Assembly (NCBI RefSeq): GCF_030684315.1
Contig: NC_081379.1
Location: forward strand, 39,323,947-39,387,946
DNA from: Stegostoma tigrinum
Lineage: Eukaryota
Length of the DNA stretch: 64,000 nt
Reading direction: 5' to 3'
Both the position numbers and the translations under genes were made by a program. The notes beneath the pieces are model-generated. The model was not told the origin of the DNA. It did no database searches and saw only the letters and a program-made list of their open reading frames with translations. This document shows, one piece after another, positions 13,608-25,047 of the stretch (positions are counted from its first letter, which is position 1; each line of letters begins with the position of its first letter).

Positions 13608-13915
13608 ATGGTGGTTCAGTGGCTAGCACTGCTGCCTCACAGAGCCAGGGACCCAGGCTCAATTCTACTTTCGCTTGACCGTGTATGGTGTTTTGCACAT
13701 TCTCCCCTTGTCTGCATGGGTTTTCTCCAGAAGTTCCAGTTTAAAGATGTGCAGGTTAGGTGGATCGGCCATGCTAAATTGCCCATAGTGTCCAGGAATG
13801 TACAGGCTAGGTGGATTAGCCATGGGCAATGCAGGGTTACAGGGATAGGGTGAGAGGACCAATGTGGACTCGATGTGCCAAATGACCTGCTTCCACATTG
13901 TAGGGATTCTATGAT
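13608..13915 (+). mobile_element. HE1-like tRNA-derived shark SINE
   Basis: ggtggttcagtggctagcactgctgcctcacag head, ggccatgctaaattgccc body, gtagggattctatgattcta tail. Confidence 0.8.
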
Positions 13916-15409
13916 TCTAAGTTCTCTCAGTAAAGTGAAACAAAAGTGAACACTTCTCGATGACAATACTTCACAACATCCCTGCATCTCCTTCAAAACA
14001 ATTCAGAGCCAAGGCCCCTCTCTCTTTCAAAAATAACAGTTCTTCAGCACTTTGAACGACAGTATGATGAAGAGCCAAGTGAGAAAGTCAGCATTTGGAA
14101 TGCTCACATGGAGCACAGTCTCTCTCCCTCAAGCATCTCAATCCTGATTATCCCAGGCCCAAGAGATGTCAGGTTGGAACCCAAATACGCTGGAGATAAA
14201 CCAGCAAGAAAAAATTAGGCAGCTTTCCACTGCAGCCAGGAACACTCGCCCTAATGAGGCTTGGACTTTGGAAAATGAATCGGTCTCAAGCCAAAGCTAG
14301 GAGAGGTGAAGAGCTGGGTCTTAACACGCATTTAAAAAAAAACACCTCTGGGTGTTAAAGGGGTTTAGGTTGGGAAGTCTAGAACATGTGGCCCAACTGT
14401 TTAAAGGCCTAGCTATAGTGGCATCTGAGCACCAGGATCATCAGCACACAAACTGGCAATAGGGTGGGGGTGAGTGTGTGGGAGGGGTGGTTAGAGACAG
14501 CACATTAAAGGGTGCAATTTCCAAAGCAGCACTGTTCCCAAGACCTCAGAGAGTGCCATACCCACGTTTCTGACAAAGCCTGGTGTTACATCAGTGGGAG
14601 CTCAAGTTCAGTTCTGTACCCAGTCTGACTTCCCACTGCAAACAGAAGGATTGTCAATGGTATACACAGTCTTTCACATTTGCACAACTGATAATCCCAT
14701 TTTAGTTAACCTATTTCATTCTGTTACCTGACCAAAAAGGCAAATGCATCCACAATTTGTGAATTCTGTAATACAACCGTGGGGATAACTATTGCCTGCG
14801 TGTCCCCAAATTTATTAGAAGATAGAACAAGACACAACTGCACAGGATCAGTGAAACATTGCACATCAAGCTATCTACATTAGTGACATCTTTCACAAAA
14901 ACACATAGGGTTATGAATTAGTAATTTCAAAAGAGTGAAACAGGAGGAAAGTAAGAGATAATAAGAGATCATTGATATCCATGTTGCTATAAGCATGACC
15001 TCTTGAGCATTGTTGTTCTAACAGCTCCATTATTTGCGGTCGATGCCTCCAGCAGCCGAGGTCCTAATCTCTGGAATTCTGTCCATAGATCTCCCCATTA
15101 CTCTCTCTAATCTCCTTAAGATCTACCACTTTGGCCAAGATTTTGATAGTATCGCTGCAATAGATTTTCTGGTCAATAAGTTCTATACCAACAACAGTTT
15201 TCGTTTGTATAGCACTTTTAACATAGTAAAACGTAGCAATTGCTTCACAGGACCAAAACGGACACTGAACCAAAGGTTAGGTGACCAACACGAAGGAGTG
15301 TTTTAAAGGTAAAGAGATTTAAGGAGGAAATTTCATAACTTATAGCTGCTACATTTTATAGATTTATCAGCATAAAATATTTCACTTGCTTGTACAACTT
15401 TTTATAATC

Positions 15410-15710
15410 TGGTTCTGGGAGTTGGGTGTCACTAGCCAGGCCTGCATTTATTGTCCATCTCTAATTGCTCAGCGGGCAGTGAGGAGTCAACCACATTGCT
15501 GTGTATCACATGTAGGCCAGACTGGGTAAGAAGGACAGATTTCCTTCCCTAAAAAGGACATTAATGAACCAGGTGGGTTTTTAACAACAATTGACATGGT
15601 CGCCATTATTTTGATCTAATTCACCATCTGCCTTGGTGGGATTCGAACCCAGATCCCTCAACACATTGGCCTGGGATTCTGAGCGACTCACGCAGTGACC
15701 CCACCACCTC
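15410..15710 (-). mobile_element. tRNA-derived SINE (possibly SacSINE1-like)
   Basis: Core gagtcaaccacattgctgtg...cacatgtaggccagac shared with 19430-19760 and 48715-48975; tRNA-like gggattcgaaccc end. Confidence 0.6.
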
Positions 15711-15784
15711 CCCTCACAGTCTAACTCTGTTGGTCTCTTGCGTTCTCGTTAATTTACCATCAGTTAAGACAGAGATACCATTAC

Positions 15785-15945
15785 CTGTCCTCCAGCACTG
15801 AATCCATGGGCTCCACTCCCTCAGTGTCAACAGCATGCAGCTGGTTGGCAAACTGTATGGCATTTGCTAGCCTTTCTATACCCTCCTGGTTCCGAAAATC
15901 AACAAGTGCCAATCGTTCCAGGTGGTCAATCATCTCCATGGTAAC
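15785..15945 (-). CDS. GATC: GATC exon 3
   Basis: ctctag|[53 protein letters not shown](R)|gtaatg. Core of glutamyl-tRNA(Gln) amidotransferase subunit C; 161 nt. Confidence 0.96.
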
Positions 15946-16520
15946 CTAGAGTTTGTTGACATGAAAACACGTGGAGCACATTAAATCATTATAAATCTCT
16001 GCCTGGCATAGCAGGTAAATACTGTACCACAGAACCAGAGTTTATCACTGGTCTGTGCCAGGTTGAAGCAGTGGAGGTACTGTGTCCCTGGACTATGGAA
16101 GGGGAAAACTTTTGAATGTTTTCTGTATCTTTAATAAGTGACCAGTTGTATGCACCAACTTTTATATTTCCTCCCTTTCTCACCTGAAAGCACCAGTTTC
16201 CTAACTATTTCTACTGTCAACGGGTCCCTGTGTCCATTCACATCCAAGCTGCCTTCAGTGTGAAGTCTTGACTGTTTATTTAGGGTGCCTGGATTTAAAA
16301 GTTCATTTCAAGTCTGCCCACACTTTCACCGCAATTGGGGGATTGCTGGAGAGTTAAGGAATCAATGAATCTGCTTTCTCACCCAGGGATGGTGAGCAAT
16401 CCTATCGTTGCACAGACCAGGGTCAAACTCACAGCCTCCCGGATCAACGTGGCTCTCAGTTAGAGGATTAGCGACCCACAGGTATGGTTTTCCACTGTTT
16501 TCCAACAAACGCTTCCTTAC

Positions 16521-16571
16521 CTCTGGAAGCTCGCTGACCTCTGCAGGCTGCCAGGATGGAGTCTGAGGCAC
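16521..16571 (-). CDS. GATC: GATC exon 2 (51-nt mini-exon)
   Basis: ttgttcttag|VPQTPSWQPAEVSELPE|gtaagg. Phase 0/0, joining exon 1 to exon 3 in frame. Confidence 0.85.
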
Positions 16572-16679
16572 CTAAGAACAAAATCAAGAATAGAAATCTA
16601 AACCAGAGCAGATTGGTGCCAAACGTAGCTGAGTGGTCATCAATTGCCTGGCCACGGGCATGAAGACCGACCAGTTAGA

Positions 16680-17080
16680 GAAGATGGCGCCTGGTATGGA
16701 GGGAAGGTCTTACCAGGAAAGGCTGAGGGACTTGAGGCTGTTTTCGTTAGAGAGAAGAAGGTTGAGAGGTGACTTAATTGAAACATATAAAATAATCAGA
16801 GGGTTAGATAGGGTGGATAGGGAGAGCCTTTTTCCTCGGATGGTGATGGCGAGCACGAGGGGGCATAGCTTTAAATTGAGGGGTGAGGGAATGGAACGCT
16901 TTGCCTGCAACAGTAGTAGATTCGCCAACTTTAGGTACATTTAAGTCGTCATTGGATAGGCATATGGATGTACATGGAATAGCGTAGGTTAGATGGGCTT
17001 GAGATCGGTATGACAGGTCGGCACAACATCGAGGGCCGAAGGGCCTGTACTGTGCTGTAATGTTCTACGTTCTATGTTCT
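16680..17080 (+). mobile_element. Young CR1-type LINE 3' end
   Basis: MAPGMEGRSYQERLRDLRLFSLERRRLRGDLIETYKIIRGLDRVD, with a (gttctat)n tail. Confidence 0.88.
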
Positions 17081-17375
17081 ATGGCAGCAGCGCCTTTTAT
17101 CTTCAAAACAGACAAGGAAATTAGGCCATGAACAAAGTTTCAATGCAGACATTACACAGTATCTACAGATCAGGCAGAGTGCGACCCAATAATGTATCAG
17201 GGACACAGGATCAAGGGGGCTAGTGGAAAAAAAAAGTGACGGGGAAGCTTTAGCAGATGTTGAAGCAGTGATCATCGATTGATCATTCATCCAGATTCAG
17301 GGGTGGGGGGAATCCGAGTGTGATCCGGATTCAGAGGGTGATCCAGATTCATGGGGTGATCTGGATTCAGGGGAA

Positions 17376-18950
17376 GATCTGGAATGTGATCCAGGTTCAG
17401 TTGGGGAGGGAGAGAATCTGGAATGTGATCCAGGATCAGTTGGGGGGGGAATCTGGAATGTCATCCAGGATCAGTTGGGGGGGGTATCTGGAATGTGATC
17501 CAGATTCAGTTGGGGGGGAATCTGGAATGTCATCCAGGATCAGTTGGGGGGGGGTATCTGGAATGTGATCCAGGCTCAGTTGGGGGGGGAGAGAATCTGG
17601 AATGTGATTCAGGTTCAGTTGGGGGGGGGAGAATCTGGAATGTGATCCAGGTTCAGTTGGGGGGGGAGAGAATCTGGAATGTGATCCAGAATCAGTTGGG
17701 GGGGGGAGAGAATCTGGAATGTGATCCAGGATCAGTTGGGGGGGAATCTGGAATGTGATCCAGGATCAGTTGGGGGGGGGGTATCTGGAATGTGATCCAG
17801 AATCAGTTAGGGGGGAGAATCTGGAATGTGATCCAGGATCAGTTGGGGGGGGTATCTGGAATGTGATCCAGGTTCAGTTGGGGGAGAGAATCTGGAATGT
17901 GATCCAGGATCAGTTGGGGGGGGAATCTGGAATGTGATCCAGGATCAGTTGGGGGGGGGGGGAATCTGGAATGTGATCCAGGATCAGTTGGGGGGAGAAT
18001 CTGGAATGTGATCCAGGATCAGTTGGGGGGGGGTATCTGGAATGTGATCCAGGATCAGATGGGGGGGGGAGAATCTGGAATGTGATCCAGGATCAGTTGG
18101 GGCGGGGAGAGAATCTGGAATGTGATCCAGGATCAGTTGGGGGGGTATCTGGAATGTGATCCAGGTTCAGTTGGGGGGGGAGAGAATCTGGAATGTGATT
18201 CAGGTTCAGTTGGGGGGGAGAGAATCTGGAATGTGATCCAGGATCAGTTGGGGGGGAGAATCTGGAATGTGATCCAGGATCAGTTGTGGGGGGGGACAGA
18301 ATCTGGAATGTGGTCCAGGATCAGTTGGGGGGGGGGTATCTGGAATGTGATCCAGGTTCAGTTGGGGGGGAGAATCTGGAATGTGATCCAGGATCAGTTG
18401 GGGGGGAATCTGGAATGTGATCCAGGATCAGTTGGGGGGGGGTATCTGGAATGTGATCCAGGATCAGTTGGGGGGGGGGAGAATCTGGAATGTGATCCAG
18501 GATCAGTTGGGGCGGGGAGAGAATCTGGAATGTGATCCAGGATCAGTTGGGGGGGTATCTGGAATGTGATCCAGGTTCAGTTGGGGGGGGAGAGAATCTG
18601 GAATGTGATTCAGGTTCAGTTGGGGGGAGAGAATCTGGAATGTGATCCAGGATCAGTTGGGGGGGAGAATCTGGAATGTGATCCAGGATCAGTTGGGGGG
18701 GGGACAGAATCTGGAATGTGGTCCAGGATCAGTTGGGGGGGGGGGTATCTGGAATGTGATCCAGGTTCAGTTGGGGGGGAGAATCTGGAATGTGATCCAG
18801 GATCAGTTGGGGGGGAATCTGGAATGTGATCCAGGATCAGTTGGGGGGGGGAAATCTGGAATGTGATCCAGGATCAGTTGGGGGGGGGGATCTGGAATGT
18901 GATCCAGGATCAGTTGGGGGGGGGGATCTGGAATGTGATCCAGGATGTGA
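17376..18950. repeat. Minisatellite in GATC intron 1, ~36-40 bp unit, roughly 40 copies
   Basis: Unit gaatctggaatgtgatccaggatcagtt followed by a variable G run. Confidence 0.97.
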
Positions 18951-19019
18951 TCTACATTACTGGGATTATCCCGATTCCGGGAGGTTTGGGGAACCGGGAA
19001 TGTGATCCCGGTCTGGGCC

Positions 19020-19330
19020 TCTCCAGCCCCGGGGGTGGGGAGAATGTGACTGGCGGCTGGAGGCCGTCGCCCGCAGCTCCATCCCCGGGCCCTTACCTTA
19101 CTGCGGCCCGGATCCTCAGGCCTCCCGCCGCCGGGCCCGGGCGGTCTCTCACCAGCGGCAGTCCGCGGATTCTGCGGCCTCGGGCCCAGGCGCCGGGACA
19201 GCGGCACCGAGCGAGCGGCTCTCCTGGCGAAGCTCCACATCCCCCGGGGCCGAGACAGCGCTTCAGGAGCCGCCCCCCCCCTAGCGGCTGTGAGCCCGGG
19301 GACAGTGAGCGGGGCCTGGGCCTGGTCCCT
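19020..19330. promoter_or_regulatory. CpG island / GATC promoter-exon 1 region
   Basis: GC- and CpG-dense stretch in an otherwise CpG-depleted window. Confidence 0.75.
19097..19240 (-). CDS. GATC: GATC exon 1 (mitochondrial presequence-like)
   Basis: ATG at 19240: MWSFARRAARSVPLSRRLGPRPQNPRTAAGERPPGPGGGRPEDPGRSK, donor AAG|gtaagg. Arg-rich N-terminus within a CpG island. The five exons join to 522 nt (173 aa). Confidence 0.85.
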
Positions 19331-19429
19331 CACACACACAGAGTGAGTAATAACCCGCTCCAATCACACACAACCCGAATTAATCATCCATTAACCTCAG
19401 TTAGTCACCACTCATCCCCTTTTTTAAAG

Positions 19430-19760
19430 AAATCCATTCACAGGATGAGCTGGTCACTGGCCAGGGCAGCATTTACTGCCCCATCCCTAATTGCCCAGGG
19501 GGCAGTTCAGAGTCAACCACATTGCTGTGGGTCTGGAGTCACATGTAGGTCAGACCAGGTGAGGATGGCAGTCTCCTGCCCTCGGGGACATTAGTGAACC
19601 AGATGGGTTTTTCCTGACAATCGGCAACGGATTCACCGTCTCGAACTCAACTTCCACCACCTGCCGTGGCGGGGTTCGAACCCACTTCCCCGGGACATTA
19701 TCTGAGTCTCTGGGTTGACAGTCCAGTGATAATACCGTTAGTCCATTGCCTCCCCCCTAA
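19430..19760 (-). mobile_element. tRNA-derived SINE (possibly SacSINE1-like) directly upstream of GATC
   Basis: ggcagttcagagtcaaccacattgctgtgggtctggagtcacatgtagg core and ggggttcgaaccc B-box-like end. Confidence 0.65.
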
Positions 19761-19949
19761 ATCCAGATCACCCCAGAATTTGGATCACCACCGCCCCGAA
19801 TCCAGATCACCCCTTAATCCAGATGAGCGATCAATCAATGATCACTCCTTCAACATCCCCTAAAGCCTCTTGGTCACTATGCAATGCTCCACCTTTTTTT
19901 CCACCAGCCCCTTGACCCTGTATCCTTGATATTATTGAATGACAGCCTA

Positions 19950-20245
19950 TAATCCGAATCAATCATCTACATTCCGAATTGATTATATATAACCTGAATT
20001 AATAATCAATCCTCCAAATTAATAATCATCTGAACCAATAATCTATATTCCAAATTAATAATCCAAATTAATAACCCACTTATCAGAATCAATAATCAAT
20101 TACCTTAACTAATAATTCATCATCTGAATTAATAATCAGTATTCTGAATCAATGATCTGTAATCCAAATCAATTAAATATGTTTTGAATCAATAATCCAT
20201 ATTCTGAAATAGTTATCAATAATCCATAATCTGAATCAATCATCC
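19950..20245. repeat. AT-rich degenerate ~20-bp tandem repeat (second block at ~20881-21065)
   Basis: Recurrent a(t)tctgaatcaataatc motif. Confidence 0.7.
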
Positions 20246-21059
20246 TAAACTAGATATGAGTATGCAGCACTTCAAGATGGCAAAACACCAATACCAGCAG
20301 GAGATGTTTAATGGAATGAATCAGGTACAACATATGAAACAAATTGCAGACAAGCCAAACTCTTGACTATTCTGTGTAAACTACCTTGAATTAAACATGC
20401 ACTTACCGAACTATGAGAACATGACATGTGCTGTTATTGTTATTCCTCAAGCAATTCCAGAAGTGTCAACAAAAATTGATAAATTCATGAGAAACAATCC
20501 TGGATTTGGAAAGAAAAAGAAAAAGAAAAATAGGAAACTTACCTGTTCAAATATTGCAAGGAATCACTCAACCCTGAAGATGCTGTGAGTGAAGTATCTG
20601 GAGGTTCAGTAGCTGCAAAAAGGATTATGTCTTCAAGCTTTGAAGCTTGTCAAATGAAGACCTATTTCCAGCTTCCCTTCCTGTGAATCCAGACTTTCCT
20701 AATCTTCTTGATCTTGCATGGCTTTTGACATCTAAACTCTTCACCAATAGATTCATGTTGCATGTGGAGGAGGTGTTATCATAAACTACAATGGCTTGTT
20801 TACATTCTATTCTTACAGAGATCCAAATTTTCTTGACACAGAGTATGAATTGGACAAAAGCAGGAAAATTTACACAAGAAGATAATCTGAATCAATTATC
20901 TGTAATCTGAATCAATAATTTATAATCTGAATTGATAATCAATCATCCAAATCAATGCTCAATAATCCTAATCAAAGTTTTAAAATCCAAAGTAATTATC
21001 TATTATTTGAATCAATAAAGTAAATCAGTGAGCTACAAACAAATCAATAATTTATAATC

Positions 21060-22050
21060 CAAATAATGTCTGGTGATACCCAAGGATAAACCCTTAGAAA
21101 CATCCTATTTATTGTCTCCACACTGCTCTCCACGACAACAATTGATGTCACAGCATTTGTTTTCACATGGTCCCTGATACCATCCAGCTGTACCTCACAA
21201 ACATCTCTTATAACTCTTTCACTGTCGCTAAATTATCAGACAACTCATCTAAAATCAGAACTGAATGTGATTAAATATTGGAAGATTGAACTTTGTTTTC
21301 AGTCCCTACTCTAAACTCCATTCTCTAGCTCCCAGTTCCATCAAATACCCATGCAACAATCTGAGATTAAACCAACCCGCCCACAACTTTGGTGTCACAT
21401 TTGACCCAGATGACCTTCCAACCACATAGCCTCACCAGAACCAAGTCCACCTATTTCCATCTTCATAGCATTGCCAAACATTTCCTGCGTCCCAGCTTAT
21501 GAGCTGCTGGAACTCTCAATCATGTCTTTGTTACCACTGCATTTAACTATTCCAATGTGGCGGGTCTCCTACATTCTATCCTCCATAAACATGAGGTCAT
21601 CCAAACTCTACTGCCTGTGTCCTAACTCAAAACATGTCTCATTTCAATATCACTTCTGTGCTTGCTGAGCTACATGGGGTGCCAAAGTTCAAATCTTCAT
21701 TTTGAAATCTTTTCATAATGTACTGCTTCCTTAACTCTGGAATGTCATCCAGGCCCCTTCTGTCTGTGACTCTACACTCATCTAATTCGGTTGTCTTCAG
21801 GATCTTAATTTTAATCTCATGACCATTGTTAGGAGTGCCTTCAGTTACGTGGTAAGTCTAAAAAAAACTCCAGAACACCCTACCTAAACCTTTCAAATGA
21901 ACTTTCCTCCTTTAAGATACACATTGGAACCTATTTTTTTTAAGTTAACTGACCTTGTATTTCTTCATGAAGCTCAGTATTATATTTTGTTTCATAATAT
22001 TCCTGTGAAATGGGGACATTTTATTATGTTTGTTATGGTTAGCTATATGA
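21060..22050 (+). mobile_element. Old L2-like LINE 3' portion
   Basis: Decayed RT motifs (GDTQG.TL, similar to GVPQGS.LG; NFGVTFDP) and an L2-like 3' tail. Confidence 0.5.
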
Positions 22051-22369
22051 TTAAAAGTTGTTTGTTCCATGGAAGATTATCAAAGACAATTAGAATAAGA
22101 ACCCAAAAGATACAGAATGATAATTTAAGCAAGGCAATAATATAAACAATGGTTAACCAACTTTTCACATTATTAGTTAACACTCACTTTGATAAATATT
22201 ACTTTTCTATTTATTCATTCCCATCAATATCCCTTGTGTAGCTCTCATACAACCAAGTGACTTGTCAGCAAGATGGGGCACTCCTGAGCCAAGAGGGTTG
22301 GTGAGACTGGAGTCATCTGCAGGCCAGGCTGAGCCAGTTTCATTCTGCAAAGGACATTAGCCGAATACT

Positions 22370-22682
22370 TAGAATAGAATCCCTACAGTGTGGATACAGG
22401 CCATTCAGCCCATCAAGTTCACACCAAGCTTTCAAAGAGGATCCTTCTTAATCCCTGCATTTCCCATGGCTAACCCCTTAGCCTGTGCAATTTAGCATGG
22501 CCAATCCACCTAACCTGCACACCTTTAGACTGTGGGAGGAAACCGGAGCACCCAAAGGAAACCCGCACAGACACAGGGAGAATGTGCAAACTCCACACAG
22601 ACAGTTGCCCAGGGGTGGAATTGAACTCAGGTCTCTAGTGCTGTGAAGCTGCAAGTGCTAACCACTGAGCCACCGTGCCACC
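22370..22682 (-). mobile_element. HE1-like SINE
   Basis: Reverse complement of the 13608 family (caatttagcatggccaatccacctaacctgcac ... accactgagccaccgtgcc). Confidence 0.8.
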
Positions 22683-22929
22683 CAATGTGCTTTAGTGCAG
22701 AATTGACTTTATAACCAAGCCATTGTGCAAAATGTTGGCCACTGGCATGACTGCATCACTTGGATTTCAAAGTTTCCGGAAACATGACTCAGATTTTCAA
22801 ACTGCCATGAACTTGTGTTCTTTGCTCCTGTTACTGGATTCAGAACCCAATGTGTCATGGTGCACACAGCACTGTTTTTGTTGTATTTGTCGTGCAGTTC
22901 AATGAGAATGCATATTATTAATGATGCAA

Positions 22930-23306
22930 AAACTAAAAGAACCGCAGATTCAGGAAATCAGAAACAGAAACAGAAAGTGCTGGAAAACCACTTCTGAGGA
23001 AGGCTCGCTGGACCTGAAGAGTTAACTCTGACTTGTCTCCACAGATGTTGCCAGACTTGCTGAGCTTTTCCAGCAACTTCTGTTTTTGTATATGGCTGGT
23101 ATGTTGTATAAAATGGACTAACACTAATATCAGTTTTCACGGAACAAAAACAGAAGCTCTGAGGAAGGGTCACCGGACCCAAAATGTTAACGCTGATCTT
23201 TTTCTTCATAGATGCTGCCAGGCCTGCTGAACTTTTCCAGCAACTTCTGTTTTTGTTCCTGATTTACAGCATCCGCAGCCCTTTCAGTTTTTATCTAATA
23301 TCAGTT
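22930..23306. mobile_element. Two short Penelope-tail-derived inserts, the second with a 12-bp TSD
   Basis: ctgaggaaggg...gatgctgccaggcctgctgaacttttccagc. TSD ctaatatcagtt at 23124-23135 and 23295-23306. Confidence 0.7.
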
Positions 23307-23721
23307 GTCACATGCTGTAAAGACTCAGAAAGGATGGAATAACTTGTCCTTGACAGCAGTATCGCTGGCACCCACTATAACATATAGCAGTGCGTTTGTA
23401 ATTTCTGAGTCAGACAATAGTCAGTTTTAGGTAAGGCTTAGATTGAGATGCAGCAGACTGAGCAGAAACAGTAATCTAAGGGAGCTGTCTCTCAGCAGAG
23501 CAGTTTCAGAATTTGAATAACATTTCTATAAACCTTAAAATCCAAGTGCTTCACTAATGTCGTTCACAACTAGTCCAGCCTGGCGAGCAGATGACTCCAG
23601 TCCCACCAGTCTTCTTGAATCAGGAATGGCCCAACCTAATCACAGCCTAATCCATAAGGAATGATCAACTAATGAGTGTAGCAGTGAAGGGAAATCAAAT
23701 CGGTTCACATTCACCAAAGGA

Positions 23722-23945
23722 GTAGAGGCTGATGACAAGGTGTGGAGCTGGAGGAAAACGGCAGGCCAAGCAGCATCAGAGGAGCGGGAAAGCTGATGCT
23801 TCAGTTTGGGTCCCTTCTTCAGATTTCTGCTCAACTTTCCTGCTCCTTTGATGCTGCCTAGCCTGCTGTGCTCGTCCAGCTCCACACTGTGTTATCTCTG
23901 GCTCCAGCATCAGCAGTTTTTACTATCTCGAGGTAGAGGTGGATG
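23722..23945. mobile_element. Palindromic short element (Penelope-tail family)
   Basis: Arms gtgtggagctgga...gcagcatca and tgatgctgc...tccagctccacac. Imperfect TSD gtagaggNNgatg. Confidence 0.65.
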
Positions 23946-24551
23946 TTTCAGTTCAAAGCAGCATTTAAAATATGACAGCTCAACCACAGAAACAGTCCTC
24001 AGTGTTACTATTTTTCTCGTGTCTCCACAGATGCTGCCAGACCGGCTGAGTATTTACAGCACTTTTTTACTTTCGTGATAAACAATTCTTAGTCCTGCAC
24101 TAAAAATTCAGTGCCATGTATTATACATTACTGGTCCAGACAGTGAAGACTGATTTACATTAATATATATGTTATAATACCCTGAAGTCATATTTATGCA
24201 CATTTTCTTTCAACTACTGTACTTAATACTTACACTATTCAATTGTATAAACAGCATAATGTTCCCTAAGTCACATCAAACACTGCCCCATAATTATATC
24301 ATACAAGAAGATGGAACCTTAGCACAGGCTGCCTGTCTATCCTACAATCTTTAATTATCCTGACAGATTCTTTAACAAATAAATTAAGCGTATTTATTGG
24401 TGAATGTGTAGTAACAGTGAGGAAGTGAAGAGGTGGTAAAAGAGGTTCACTGGAGAGTGAATTAAAAACAAGAACACTGTCAAACCCCCTTCCTGTCCAA
24501 AGCAGGAAAAACGCCACCCAGTCCCTGTCTATAAGTATGTTTTCCCTGGGC

Positions 24552-24945
24552 TGAGGGTAGGGGGGGGCACAGTGAGGTTCACCGGAGGGAGGGGGGGAAG
24601 GGTAGAGGGGGCGCACAGTGAGGTTCACCGGAGGGAGGGGGGGGAAGGGTAGAGGGGGGGCACAGTGAGGTTCACCGGAGGGGGGGAAGGGTAGGGGGGG
24701 CACAGTGAGGTTCACCGGAGGGAGGGGGGAAGGGTAGGGGGGGTGCACAGTGAGGTGCACCAGAGGGGGGGGGGGAAGGGTAGAGGGGGGGGCACAGTGA
24801 GGTTCACTGGAGGGGGGGGGAAGGGTAGAGGGGGGGCACAGTGAGGTGCACCGGAGGGGGGTGGGGAGGGTAGGGGGGGGTGCACAGTGAGGTGCACCAG
24901 AGGGAGGGGGGGGAAGGGTAGAGGGGGGGCACAGTGAGGTGCACC
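24552..24945. repeat. G-rich minisatellite, ~36-42 bp unit, ~10 copies
   Basis: Unit gcacagtgaggttcaccggag(G-run)aagggtagaggggg. Confidence 0.95.
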
Positions 24946-25047
24946 TGGGCAGTTGGATGTGTGCACTGAGAGATTTACCCAGTGGGTGGGAGAGTGGGCC
25001 AAGTGAGATTTACCCGGGGAGGGGGCACAGTGAGATTTATCTATGTG

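Noticed and set aside
17320-18866. Multiple IWNVIQDQLGG / NLECDPGSVGG ORFs
   Set aside because: Translations of the intronic minisatellite, with frames shifting at variable G-runs.
18863-19594. 243-aa plus-strand ORF
   Set aside because: Chimera of satellite end, antisense GC-rich GATC exon 1 and a SINE.
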